Position numbers and translations under genes: made by a program
Notes under the pieces: model-generated
Database searches by the model: none
What the model was told of the DNA's origin: nothing
The model's input: only the letters and a program-made list of their open reading frames with translations
Shown: piece by piece, positions 25,926-34,755 of the stretch
Layout of the letters: each line of letters starts with the position of its first letter
How positions within the stretch are numbered: the stretch's first letter is position 1
Source: an uncultured bacterium
Lineage (GTDB): Bacteria > Myxococcota_A > Polyangia > Polyangiales > Houyiibacteriaceae
NCBI GenBank assembly: GCA_938024995.1
Contig: CALJDU010000036.1
Coordinates: forward strand, 17,520 to 81,519
Direction: 5' to 3'
DNA length: 64,000 bases

Positions 25926-27028
25926 CAGTCGGCGTACGGGACGACTTCGGACGTCCGCTGATTGCCGAACCAACGCATGAGCGTCGTCCGCGCCTTGCCA
26001 CCGTCGTCGTAGTCGATGACCGCGTAGGTCAAGCCGCTGTCTTGTCCGAGGTGCTGGAGGTCCAGGTTGATCATCTTGACCCACGTCCCGGTGTTGACGA
26101 GGAGCTTACCCTTCGGGAGCTGGAGATAGCGGGGGCCGTGGCTGTGCCCAACGATCAACGTGTGCGCGCCGCGCATCCGGGCGAGCGCACGAGACGCGCG
26201 CTCGTCGTAACCGTCAGCGAGCTCAAAGATCTCTTCGCGCAAGAGCTGCGGGATGTAGGCGATGCGATCGCGCCACGCCTCGATCTTGAAGACGCGGTGC
26301 TTGAGGAAATAGACGGTCGAGTGCCAGAGGAAGCGGAAGACGAACGTCGGATCGAACACGAGCGAACCGAGCATGAAGCGACCGAGCGGCTGGATCCGAT
26401 CGACGTGGCTGTGGGTCTCCTTGAGCGGGTTCATGACCTCCAGGATCCAGAGGCTGCCCCAGGGCAACGCCAGCACCTCTTTCCCATCACGTCGCTTGCG
26501 CGTGAGCTCCCGGTAGTCGACGCGATGGATCCGCTCGAACTGGTGTCCGTGGCGGATCTGGATTCCCTCGGGGAGGTAGTAGGTGTCGCTGTTCGTGATG
26601 AACCGAACGCGCTCTGGATGATCGGGCGAGATGTAACGACGGAGGAGCTCTTGGGGGCCCGACATGCACATGTCGAGATCGTGGTTGCCGGGGAGGTACG
26701 TGATCCGCCGGGTCGGCTTCTGAAGAAACTCTCGCAAAGCCCGTACAAAGCGCGGGTGACCGTCCAGACATTGTCGCAGCTTCTCGGCGGCGACTTCGTC
26801 GGTCACCTCAGTGGGCCAAACGTCGTCAATCTTCACCTTCAAGAGGTCGAAGATGTCACCGTTGAGGATCAGCTCGACCTCAACGCGATCCCCCGACTCA
26901 TCGTCGTAATGTTGGAGGAAGTCCGCGAACCGGTCGTCGTGGAAGAAGTCCTCTAGGGGATTTAGCTCCCCGCGCCGGGTCCCAGTGGCCAGGTGGAGAT
27001 CGCTCAGTACAAGTCGGAGGAGCTTCAC
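25925..27028 (-). CDS. metallophosphoesterase, LpxH-like architecture
   Basis: LSDLHLATG, LNGDIFDL, LPGNHDLDM, IRHGHQFE, VGHSHGP. Confidence 0.8.
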   Translation of the reverse strand: MKLLRLVLSDLHLATGTRRGELNPLEDFFHDDRFADFLQHYDDESGDRVEVELILNGDIFDLLKVKIDDVWPTEVTDEVAAEKLRQCLDGHPRFVRALREFLQKPTRRITYLPGNHDLDMCMSGPQELLRRYISPDHPERVRFITNSDTYYLPEGIQIRHGHQFERIHRVDYRELTRKRRDGKEVLALPWGSLWILEVMNPLKETHSHVDRIQPLGRFMLGSLVFDPTFVFRFLWHSTVYFLKHRVFKIEAWRDRIAYIPQLLREEIFELADGYDERASRALARMRGAHTLIVGHSHGPRYLQLPKGKLLVNTGTWVKMINLDLQHLGQDSGLTYAVIDYDDGGKARTTLMRWFGNQRTSEVVPYAD

Positions 27029-27066
27029 GAAGTTGCTTGTCGCGCCCTAAACGGAGGTCGAGTGGA

Positions 27067-27092
27067 GTTCTGAGGGGCCGTTGACTCAGAAC
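27067..27092. promoter_or_regulatory. inverted repeat GTTCTGAG-N10-CTCAGAAC overlapping TTGACT/TTGACC boxes
   Basis: Perfect 8-bp arms read from the sequence. Located in a 213-bp divergent promoter region. Confidence 0.3.
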
Positions 27093-27161
27093 GAGTGAGG
27101 TTGACCTCGAATCACGCTACCTCGATACTTCAGACAGGGCTACCGGCAACCATTTTGCAGA

Positions 27162-27198
27162 ACACCAAAGGTGGACACTCAGCTGTGTCATTTGGTGT
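27162..27198 (+). promoter_or_regulatory. stem-loop or operator ACACCAAA..GACAC-tcagct-GTGTC..TTTGGTGT upstream of the IPT/TIG gene
   Basis: Two nested perfect inverted repeats (8 bp and 5 bp), 44 nt before ATG 27242. Confidence 0.3.
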
Positions 27199-27241
27199 CG
27201 CTTCGGCACTTGACGCTGGGTGACCAAGAAGAGGATGAGCG

Positions 27242-29377
27242 ATGGGTGCGCAAGCGCAGAAGAGAGCGGGGAAGACGTGGCCTGGCCGACTGCTCGGTTG
27301 GTTCCTCATGCTCAGTGTGGTGGGCGGTTGCTCCTGTGATCCCGCGACGCTCACACCTCCTCCGTTCCCGCTCGAGACGCCGGACACCGGCGACCTGGTG
27401 GAAGACACGGGTCCTGATGCGTCCTTTCCCGATTCTGGAATCGGAACGCCTACGCTTTTGATCAGTCGCGTGGTCCCGAACCACGGGCCCTTCATCGGTG
27501 GCAACACCGCGATCGTTCGCGGCACGGGTTTCACCGACGAGTCCTTCGTCCAAGTGGGCGGTCGACTTGTGCAGCCGGCTGATACACGCCTCATCGATCG
27601 CAATCGTTTGCAGATCGTATTGCCGGCCGGTGAGCCGGGTCCGGCGGACGTGACTGTTCGCGTCGGCGACGACGAAGCGTCCCTCCCGGGAGGCTACACC
27701 TACGATCAGATCTACATCGAGCCGAGCCGAGGCGCGGTCTCCGGAGGCACCGTCGTCAACATCGTCGGCACGGGTACCACGTTCGAAGATGGCGACACCG
27801 TCATGATCGGACCGTCGGCCTGTGAAGATGTCGAGCGCATCTCCGAGACGCGGTTGAGCTGCCGGACGCCTCCTGGGGTCGCGGGCTTCGCCGACGTCGT
27901 CGTGACCTACTCTGCCGACGAGACCTCGATCACGATCCCGAATGGCTTCGAGTACTACGACTCCTCCGATCCCTTCGGGGGCGGACTTGGCGGCGGCGAG
28001 CTGACCGGGACGATGAACGTCACGGTGCTCAACGCGCTCACCGGGCTCCCCGTCTCCGACGCCTTCACGATTATCGGCGAGGACCTCGAGACCGAGCACC
28101 AAGGCCTGACCAACATCGGCGGCCAGATCACGTTCTCTGGCGAGGACGTGATGGGCAACCTGCGTCTCCACGTCTCCAAGTTCTGTTTCGAACGCACCTC
28201 AGTGGTCTCGTTCGATGCGCAGGACGTCACCATCTTCCTCATCCCGTGGATGGATCCGATGTGTGGCGAGGGCGGCGGACCGCCGCCTCCCGGGCGTGGA
28301 CGAAGCGGCGCGTTTGTCTCTGGCGAGCTGGTCTTCCGCGGACCGATCGAGCTGGGTCCGAACCCTTGGCTCAACATCCCTCCGCCGCGCGAGAACGAGA
28401 TCAAGGTCGCCTACGTCTACACGACGCAGCCGTGCGCGGGTGAGTCCGCTGGTTGCCAGTCGCCTTCCCCCACGCTGGGCGGCGCGGTGCAGCGCGTACT
28501 GGAAGAGAACCCTGGAGAGCTGGGGTATCCGTATCGGATCTTCGTGCGCCCTTCGGCGTTCGCGATCTACTCCATCGCGGGTCTCGAGAACACGGTCACC
28601 GGTGAGTTCATCCCCTACGTCATGGGCGTCACTCGAAACGTCCTCGCGGGCCCGGGCGATGAAGTCGAAAAGGTGAACATCGACATGGTCATTCCGCTCG
28701 ACCACTACCTCGACGTTCGGTTGGACGGTCTCGGGAGCGTTGGGCGCACTGGACCGGATCGCTTCCGCGTCTCCGCTGAGCTCGACCTGGGAGGCGAGGG
28801 CGTCATCCGCCGCGTCGTCAACGGCGAGTCCTTCGATGTCGTTGCGCAGCGCAGCATCGAGCGCCCCTTCCGCTTCTTTGCGCAGCCGGCGCTGCTCGAC
28901 ACATTGGAAGATGGTCGCTACCAGGTCCACGCCCGCTACCTGACCGGGGATTTCGGCGCCGACCCGAGCTCGCATCGCATCGTGCGCGGCATCCGAACCG
29001 TCGACGAGGAGATCACTGTCTCTGACTTTGTCGGCGTCCCGCTCGCGACCGCTCCAGCGTTTGGTGAGCGGCTCCCGGCGGACCGCATCTTGCGCTGGGA
29101 GGCAGATGGCGCGCCGGTCGACTTCCACATCGTCCTCGTGATTGGCGGCGACGGAAACCCGGCGTGGCGACAGTTCGTTCGCGGCGACACCTACGAGGCG
29201 TACATCCCGGACCTCTCGGCCGTCCCAGACATCGACGACATCTCGCCGGGCTTCATCACCTGGGCCGTCTTCTCGGTCCATATCCCTGGCCACGACTTCG
29301 ACACGTTTAGCTACCGCGACCTCAACCAGCGCACCTGGGCGTCGTGGGCCATCGACACGTTCACGGCGCAGTTCTAG
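27242..29377 (+). CDS. IPT/TIG-domain lipoprotein
   Basis: Lipobox SVVGGC. Two IPT/TIG-like units: ISRVVPNHGPFIGGNTAIVRGTGF.. and IEPSRGAVSGGTVVNIVGTGTTF... Confidence 0.75.
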   Translation: MGAQAQKRAGKTWPGRLLGWFLMLSVVGGCSCDPATLTPPPFPLETPDTGDLVEDTGPDASFPDSGIGTPTLLISRVVPNHGPFIGGNTAIVRGTGFTDESFVQVGGRLVQPADTRLIDRNRLQIVLPAGEPGPADVTVRVGDDEASLPGGYTYDQIYIEPSRGAVSGGTVVNIVGTGTTFEDGDTVMIGPSACEDVERISETRLSCRTPPGVAGFADVVVTYSADETSITIPNGFEYYDSSDPFGGGLGGGELTGTMNVTVLNALTGLPVSDAFTIIGEDLETEHQGLTNIGGQITFSGEDVMGNLRLHVSKFCFERTSVVSFDAQDVTIFLIPWMDPMCGEGGGPPPPGRGRSGAFVSGELVFRGPIELGPNPWLNIPPPRENEIKVAYVYTTQPCAGESAGCQSPSPTLGGAVQRVLEENPGELGYPYRIFVRPSAFAIYSIAGLENTVTGEFIPYVMGVTRNVLAGPGDEVEKVNIDMVIPLDHYLDVRLDGLGSVGRTGPDRFRVSAELDLGGEGVIRRVVNGESFDVVAQRSIERPFRFFAQPALLDTLEDGRYQVHARYLTGDFGADPSSHRIVRGIRTVDEEITVSDFVGVPLATAPAFGERLPADRILRWEADGAPVDFHIVLVIGGDGNPAWRQFVRGDTYEAYIPDLSAVPDIDDISPGFITWAVFSVHIPGHDFDTFSYRDLNQRTWASWAIDTFTAQF

Positions 29378-29484
29378 AGACGTGTCTTGAGCGCGAGACC
29401 CGGAGCGACACCGCGAGCCGCCTACGTGGCGAGCGCGTCGATGCCGCGTCGGGTCTTCTCTCGTTCGCTTCTTCCTGAGGATCT

Positions 29485-31629
29485 ATGACCCGCTTTTCTT
29501 TCGCGCTCTTTCTCGTCGCTTCGGCGTTCCTCATGTCGTCATGTGGCGACGACGACGTGACGCGCACCGACACCGGTCGCCCGAACCCGCTCGTCGACGG
29601 AGGCTTCGTTTGCTTCCATCCGGACGACGAAGCGTGCCTCGGCGACATCCACTTCTCGTGCGAGAGCGACGGCGAGTTCCTGCGTCGCGTCGATGAGGAC
29701 TGCGCGGCCATCGGTCAGGTCTGCCTCCCGGACACGTGGTGCTCGCTCTGCCGCCCAGGTCAGCTCCAGTGTGACGAAGAGGGCAACGTCATCCGGTGCA
29801 AGGAAGACGCGAGCGGCTTTGACCTGGTCGAGGAGTGCGACATCGAGGGCGGAGAGGTCTGCCGGGATGGCGCGTGTCGTGACCTCTGTTCCCTCGCCGT
29901 CGAAGAGCGGAGCTACGTGGGCTGCGAGTTCTACGCGGCCGACCTCGACAACGCGGCCATCGCTCGCGGTCGCGACGCCTCCTCGCAGCAGTACGCCGTC
30001 GTCGTCAGCAACCCGAGCCGTTTCCCAACCGAGGTGATCGTCGAAGCCAACGATGGCGAGGTCGGCGGCGAGGTTCAGGTGCGCGAGGTCGAGAGCACCA
30101 TCTTGCTCCCTGGTGACCTCGAGGTGTTCCGTTTGCCGCGCCGTGAGGTCGACGGAAGCAGCAGCAACGCGCAGTGCTTCCCGGACACCCGTGAGTGCCC
30201 CCGAAGCGAGGTTTGCGTTTGCTCGATGGGCGACACTGTCTCTCCGTGCGTCTGCCGAAACACGCCGACGTCGTCGGGTCTCAACGACGGCACGCACACC
30301 CACGTGAGCTCGCAGGCCTACCGCGTCCGCTCTCAGTTCCCGATCATCGCGTACCAGTTCAACCCGCTCGACAACGTCGGCGTGTTCAGCAATGACGCCT
30401 CGCTCCTTATCCCGACCTCTGCCATCTCCAGCGCGTACACGGTCGTGGGTTGGCCGCAGACCATCGCCGACGCGGATTGTGATCCAAGCGACCCAGCGTG
30501 CTTGGCGATCGACTTCGATCCCAGCCGCGACGACGAGGATCTCCGCGCTTCGTTGACCATCGTCGGCACGCTCCCAGAGACGCGGGTGACGATGGTGATG
30601 GGCGAGCGCGTCGGCACCGTGTTGCCCTACGAGCCAGCTGGGATCCCGCTGATGGGTCGCAACACCGAGATCGAGCTCGAGATCGGCGAGTTCGACGTCA
30701 TCAACCTCGAGACGGACGGACTCAACGGCGACTTCACGGGGACGCGGATCGTCGCGACCCAACCGGTCAGCGTGTTTGTCGGGAGCGAGGCGAGCGACGC
30801 GCCGCGCTTTGACGACTACGCGCGTCGGCTGTGCTGCGCGGACCACTTGGAGGAACAGCTCTTCGGCGACGAGACGCTGGGCTCGACCTTTATGATCGCG
30901 CGGATGCCCGCGCGAACCGTCGCGCTCAACCAAGCCTTCCTCGACCCCCTTCGCGACAGCGTCGCGGAGGTGAACGAGCGCGAGTGGGTGCGGGTGGTCG
31001 CGGTGTCTGCCGGAGAGACGACGATCACGACGACGCTGCCGGCGCCAGACGATCGCGTGACCTTGTCACGTGGCGAGTCGGCCATCCTCCGCGCGACCCA
31101 AGACTTTCTGATGTTCACCACGGACGGAAAGCCGATCGCGGTGCTTCAGGTCTTGCCGAGCCAGCAGGCCATCGGGATCCCGAACTACTACCCGGGTGGA
31201 GACCCCGCGATCGTCGCGGTTCCGCCCATCGAGCAGTACCGAAAAGACTACGTCTTCCTCACGCCGAACGCCTACGCCTTCGACTTCGTGGTCATCACGG
31301 CGGACGCGGACGCGAACATCTTGCTCGACGACGCGCCGCTTGATCCCCTCGCATGCACGACCTCTCCCGCGGACGGCATCGAGCGGCTCCCGGGCGACCC
31401 GCCGCCCGACCAGGTCGTGCACCGTTGCCAGCTCTCGTTCCCGGACGTGAACCTGAGCTGCGATCCGTCGAACCCGGACTGCGTCGCGGGGACGCTAGAG
31501 GGCGACCAGAACGATGGTGTTCACAACATCATCGCGGACAAGCCGGTCGGCATCGTGGTCTACGGCTTTGACTCTTTCGTGAGCTACGCCTATGCGGCCG
31601 GGCTCAACTTGAAGTCCATCCCGCGCTGA
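29485..31629 (+). CDS. lipoprotein with Cys-rich N-region and an IgGFc-binding-protein-like beta-helix domain (tentative)
   Basis: Lipobox FLMSSC. Cys-rich EGF-like stretch. ..FTGTRIVATQPVSVFVGSEA.. and ..HNIIADKPVGIVVYGF.. resemble the IgGFc_binding N-terminal family. Confidence 0.6.
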   Translation: MTRFSFALFLVASAFLMSSCGDDDVTRTDTGRPNPLVDGGFVCFHPDDEACLGDIHFSCESDGEFLRRVDEDCAAIGQVCLPDTWCSLCRPGQLQCDEEGNVIRCKEDASGFDLVEECDIEGGEVCRDGACRDLCSLAVEERSYVGCEFYAADLDNAAIARGRDASSQQYAVVVSNPSRFPTEVIVEANDGEVGGEVQVREVESTILLPGDLEVFRLPRREVDGSSSNAQCFPDTRECPRSEVCVCSMGDTVSPCVCRNTPTSSGLNDGTHTHVSSQAYRVRSQFPIIAYQFNPLDNVGVFSNDASLLIPTSAISSAYTVVGWPQTIADADCDPSDPACLAIDFDPSRDDEDLRASLTIVGTLPETRVTMVMGERVGTVLPYEPAGIPLMGRNTEIELEIGEFDVINLETDGLNGDFTGTRIVATQPVSVFVGSEASDAPRFDDYARRLCCADHLEEQLFGDETLGSTFMIARMPARTVALNQAFLDPLRDSVAEVNEREWVRVVAVSAGETTITTTLPAPDDRVTLSRGESAILRATQDFLMFTTDGKPIAVLQVLPSQQAIGIPNYYPGGDPAIVAVPPIEQYRKDYVFLTPNAYAFDFVVITADADANILLDDAPLDPLACTTSPADGIERLPGDPPPDQVVHRCQLSFPDVNLSCDPSNPDCVAGTLEGDQNDGVHNIIADKPVGIVVYGFDSFVSYAYAAGLNLKSIPR

Positions 31630-31645
31630 CTCTACGTTTTCGCCG

Positions 31646-32626
31646 ATGGCCTTCTACAACGCTCCGCCCTACCAGGGGCCACGCACGGCTCACTTCGATG
31701 GGACGCGGTTTCGGAATCGAGACGCGGGGCCCGCGAAGGGGTCACCCGGTGACATCGCGAAGATGGTTCGCGAGCGGAAGCGCGGAGAGTGGAAGTTCAT
31801 CCATGAGCCGCCCGGACCTGCGCCCGCTCGTCAGGTCACCGGCGGTGCGCTGTCGGTTACGCTGGTCAACCACGCGACGCTCCTCGTCCAGCTCGATGGG
31901 CTCAATATTCTCACGGATCCCATCTGGGCGAAGCGGACGAGCCCGCTTTCGTTTGTGGGCCCAGCGCGGTTTCGCGCGCCCGCGATTCGTTTCGACGACC
32001 TTCCGCCGATCGATCTGATCCTGTTGAGCCACAACCACTATGACCATCTCTGCCTGCCGACGCTGAAGCGACTGGCCGAGGCGCACAACAACCCGATCAT
32101 CTACACCGGGCTCGGAAACGCGGCGCTCCTCTCGCGTCATGGTCTCCGCTCGGTCGAGCTCGATTGGTGGGACGAGACGCGTCACGAGGACAAGCTCGAC
32201 GTCATCGCGGCGCCGGCCAACCACTTCTCGGGTCGCGGTCCCTCTGACCGTGATCGGACTCTGTGGCTCAGCCTCTTGGTTCGAGGCGCTTCTGGGAGCG
32301 TCTACTTCGCGGGAGACACGGGGTACGGGCGCCACTTCCGCGAGGTCCGCGAGCGCTACGGAGCCCCGCGCCTCGCGCTGCTCCCGATCGGCGCGTTCAA
32401 GCCCCGCTGGTTCATGTCCCCGATTCATATGGACCCCGCGGAAGCGGTCACCGCCCACCTCGACCTGCAGGCCAAGATGAGCGTCGCGATGCACTACGGA
32501 ACGTTCGCGCTCGCCAACGACGGTCCGAACGAGCCGCTCGATGACCTCGCCGTGGCGCTTGAGGAGAACGGGGTCTCACCCGACATCTTTCGCGTGCTTC
32601 AGCACGGCGCCGCGCAGCCCGCTTAA
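31646..32626 (+). CDS. MBL-fold metallo-hydrolase
   Basis: LLSHNHYDHL (HxHxDH) plus downstream His/Asp ligand positions. Confidence 0.85.
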   Translation: MAFYNAPPYQGPRTAHFDGTRFRNRDAGPAKGSPGDIAKMVRERKRGEWKFIHEPPGPAPARQVTGGALSVTLVNHATLLVQLDGLNILTDPIWAKRTSPLSFVGPARFRAPAIRFDDLPPIDLILLSHNHYDHLCLPTLKRLAEAHNNPIIYTGLGNAALLSRHGLRSVELDWWDETRHEDKLDVIAAPANHFSGRGPSDRDRTLWLSLLVRGASGSVYFAGDTGYGRHFREVRERYGAPRLALLPIGAFKPRWFMSPIHMDPAEAVTAHLDLQAKMSVAMHYGTFALANDGPNEPLDDLAVALEENGVSPDIFRVLQHGAAQPA

Positions 32627-32682
32627 GAGGTTGACGCCGGTTCACCCTGGCGACGAGCGCGACGTGCTGGTAGATCCGGCGC

Positions 32683-33501
32683 ATGTCGCTCAAAGGAAAG
32701 ACCCTCTTCATCACTGGCGCGAGCCGAGGCATCGGTAAAGCGATCGCGGTTCGCGCGGCCCAAGACGGCGCGAACATTGTGATCGCAGCGAAGACCGCGG
32801 AGCCACATCCGCGGCTCGAAGGGACGATCTTCACCGCGGCCGAAGAGGTCGAGGCCGCGGGCGGCAAAGCGCTCCCGTGCGTCGTCGACATTCGTCACGA
32901 GGTGCTCGTCCAAGAAGCGATCGACAAGGCGGTCGACGCCTTCGGCGGGATCGACATCGTCGTGAACAACGCGAGCGCGATCAACCTGACCGACACCGCG
33001 TCCGTCTCCATGAAGCGCTACGACCTGATGCACGGCGTGAACACGCGCGGAACGTTCCTGACGACGAAGCTCTGCCTTCCGCATCTCCTCAAGGCGGACA
33101 ACCCGCACATCATGACGCTCTCGCCTCCGCTGAACATGGAAGAGCGTTGGTTCGCGCCGCACGTCGCCTACACGATGGCGAAGTTTGGGATGAGCATGTG
33201 CGTCCTCGGCTGGGCGGGCGAGTTCAAGAGCAAGGGCATCGCGGCCAACGCGCTCTGGCCTCGAACCACCATCGCGACCGCCGCGATCAAGAACCTCCTC
33301 GGCGGGGACATGATGATGAAAAAGAGCCGCACCCCAGCGATCATGGCGGACGCGGCGCACTGGATCCTCACGCAACCGAGCCGCGAGGTGACCGGCAACT
33401 TCTTCATCGACGACGAGGTGATGGCGAAGGCGGGGAAGACCGACCTCAGCGAGTACGCGGTCGACCCAACGCAAGAGCTGATGCCTGACTTTTTCGTTTG
33501 A
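32683..33501 (+). CDS. short-chain dehydrogenase/reductase (HSDL2-like)
   Basis: TGASRGIGKAIA, NNASAI, YTMAKFGM (YxxxK). Confidence 0.88.
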   Translation: MSLKGKTLFITGASRGIGKAIAVRAAQDGANIVIAAKTAEPHPRLEGTIFTAAEEVEAAGGKALPCVVDIRHEVLVQEAIDKAVDAFGGIDIVVNNASAINLTDTASVSMKRYDLMHGVNTRGTFLTTKLCLPHLLKADNPHIMTLSPPLNMEERWFAPHVAYTMAKFGMSMCVLGWAGEFKSKGIAANALWPRTTIATAAIKNLLGGDMMMKKSRTPAIMADAAHWILTQPSREVTGNFFIDDEVMAKAGKTDLSEYAVDPTQELMPDFFV

Positions 33502-33506
33502 GCAAT

Positions 33507-33640
33507 TTTCTCTTAGGGGGCTAGTCGCGCCCCCTCTGCCTTCGGCATTCACCCCGTCGTTCGCTTCGCTCATTTGCTTCGCGCCCGAAGCGATGCTTCG
33601 TTCGGTTAGCGCTTCGCGCTCGCCTTAAACGAAGTAATGG
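33507..33640. repeat. second copy of the intergenic repeat family, with a terminator-like hairpin at 33515-33535
   Basis: TTTCTCTTAGGGGGC-tagtcgc-GCCCCCT, then ttcggcattcaccccgtcgttcgct, which matches ttcggtcgattcaccccaaacgttcgct at 16134-16161. Followed by GCTTCG/CGAAGC hairpins. Confidence 0.7.
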
Positions 33641-33737
33641 AGAGGATGCACCCCCAGGATTTACCTGCGGTGCTTCTTTCTTTGGCCCGAGTGCTCCACC
33701 ACGCGCAACAACCGCCTCGCCGATGAGTCGCGGGGTT

Positions 33738-33810
33738 GGGACGCGGGTCTCCGGTGACTGGGAGAGGACGAAGTCCGAAGGGGTCCCTCGGTGCCCGAGA
33801 CTCGTGTCCC
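33738..33810 (+). other. 73-nt strongly structured element; candidate small RNA or orphan hairpin
   Basis: The 14-bp stem GGGACGCGGGTCTC / GAGACTCGTGTCCC has two G-U pairs that work only in the plus-strand transcript. It encloses GGGA..TCCC and GGAC-GAA-GTCC. Confidence 0.3.
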
Positions 33811-33855
33811 GACCGGGTGCCGAGCGAGACGCGCTCACCGCTCGACGCCGGACGG

Positions 33856-34680
33856 TCACCGTAAGAAGCGCATGGAGTCGTTTGGCCGGACGTCGAAGTG
33901 GAAGTGGTTCTCGTGTCCGCGGCCGTAGTTCGGCGTGATGACGCTGGAGAAGACTCCCGTCTCCCACGCCTCGCACGCGATCGCGCGGAGGATGGCGGCG
34001 TTCGGGTTCGACGGCGGGTCGCCCTCACACGTCCCGACGAACGGTGTCACCTGGTAGTGATCGATTAGGTGCAGGTCGAGGTTCTCGCCGCTTAAGCGGG
34101 TGACGTCGATCGCGAGGCCGACGTGGTGATAGCTGGTCGTCGGGACGCGCCGGAACGCGGACATGACCTCGACCTCGTTGATGCCGTGACGCGCGACGAT
34201 GTCAGCGAGGACGTGGAGCCGCGTCGCGAGTTCGCAGGCCACGATCAGCGGCGCGTCGGGTCGCTTTTTTCGAAAGCGCACACCGTTGATGGACGACTGC
34301 ACAGCGACCGCGGCGGGGACGCGGCGCGTCCGGATCCCCAGCTGCTGCCATCGAATCCCAGCACGTGAGAGGTCACCCAAGCACTCCGCTTCGCTTCGGA
34401 TGGCGAACACCTCGCCCGGTCGGTCGCGCCACATTGAGTGCAGCACGCCGAGGCGTTGCTCGGAGCGTCGCGCTTGAAAGCGACCGATGTAGTGACCCGC
34501 GGCGAGCGCGCGATCGCGGATGGGCGGGAAGAGCTCAGGGATGTCCGCGCGGACCTGCGCACCGGCGAAGAGCATACAAGTGAGCGACGCCGCGACCACC
34601 GCGAAGACGACGCCGCTCACGCTGGTCTGCGTCGCGACGCGGGTCCGGTGCTGTCTCCCCTGCACCGCGCGAGCATACAA
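33856..34680 (-). CDS. extensin-like / LAS-type peptidase-fold secreted protein; start uncertain
   Basis: ..SYHHVGLAIDV.. and ..GHENHFHFDV.. motifs. Hydrophobic leader VSGVVFAVVAASLTCMLFAGAQVRA. Candidate starts are TTG 34680, GTG 34665 and GTG 34620. The ORF-track start at 34938 overlaps gor. Confidence 0.7.
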   Translation of the reverse strand: MYARAVQGRQHRTRVATQTSVSGVVFAVVAASLTCMLFAGAQVRADIPELFPPIRDRALAAGHYIGRFQARRSEQRLGVLHSMWRDRPGEVFAIRSEAECLGDLSRAGIRWQQLGIRTRRVPAAVAVQSSINGVRFRKKRPDAPLIVACELATRLHVLADIVARHGINEVEVMSAFRRVPTTSYHHVGLAIDVTRLSGENLDLHLIDHYQVTPFVGTCEGDPPSNPNAAILRAIACEAWETGVFSSVITPNYGRGHENHFHFDVRPNDSMRFLR

Positions 34681-34755
34681 GATCGTCAGGCTCTCGTTCC
34701 GGTTCACGCGACGAGTTTGGCGGCGCGGGGGGAGCTGGGTTACGACAAGAGTGTG

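Noticed and set aside
27205-27216. GGCAC-ttgac-GC upstream of the IPT/TIG gene as a second sigma-54 promoter.
   Set aside because: The GG-to-GC spacing is two nt too short relative to TGGCACG-N4-TTGC, and the -12 TTGC is absent.
33764-33777. GAGGACGAAGTCCG resembles the RNase P RNA P4 signature GAGGAAAGTCCGGGC.
   Set aside because: The surrounding region lacks the other universally conserved RNase P blocks (GGTAAGGGTGAAA, ACAGAACCCGGCTTA). It is also far too short, so I kept it only as part of an unexplained hairpin element.
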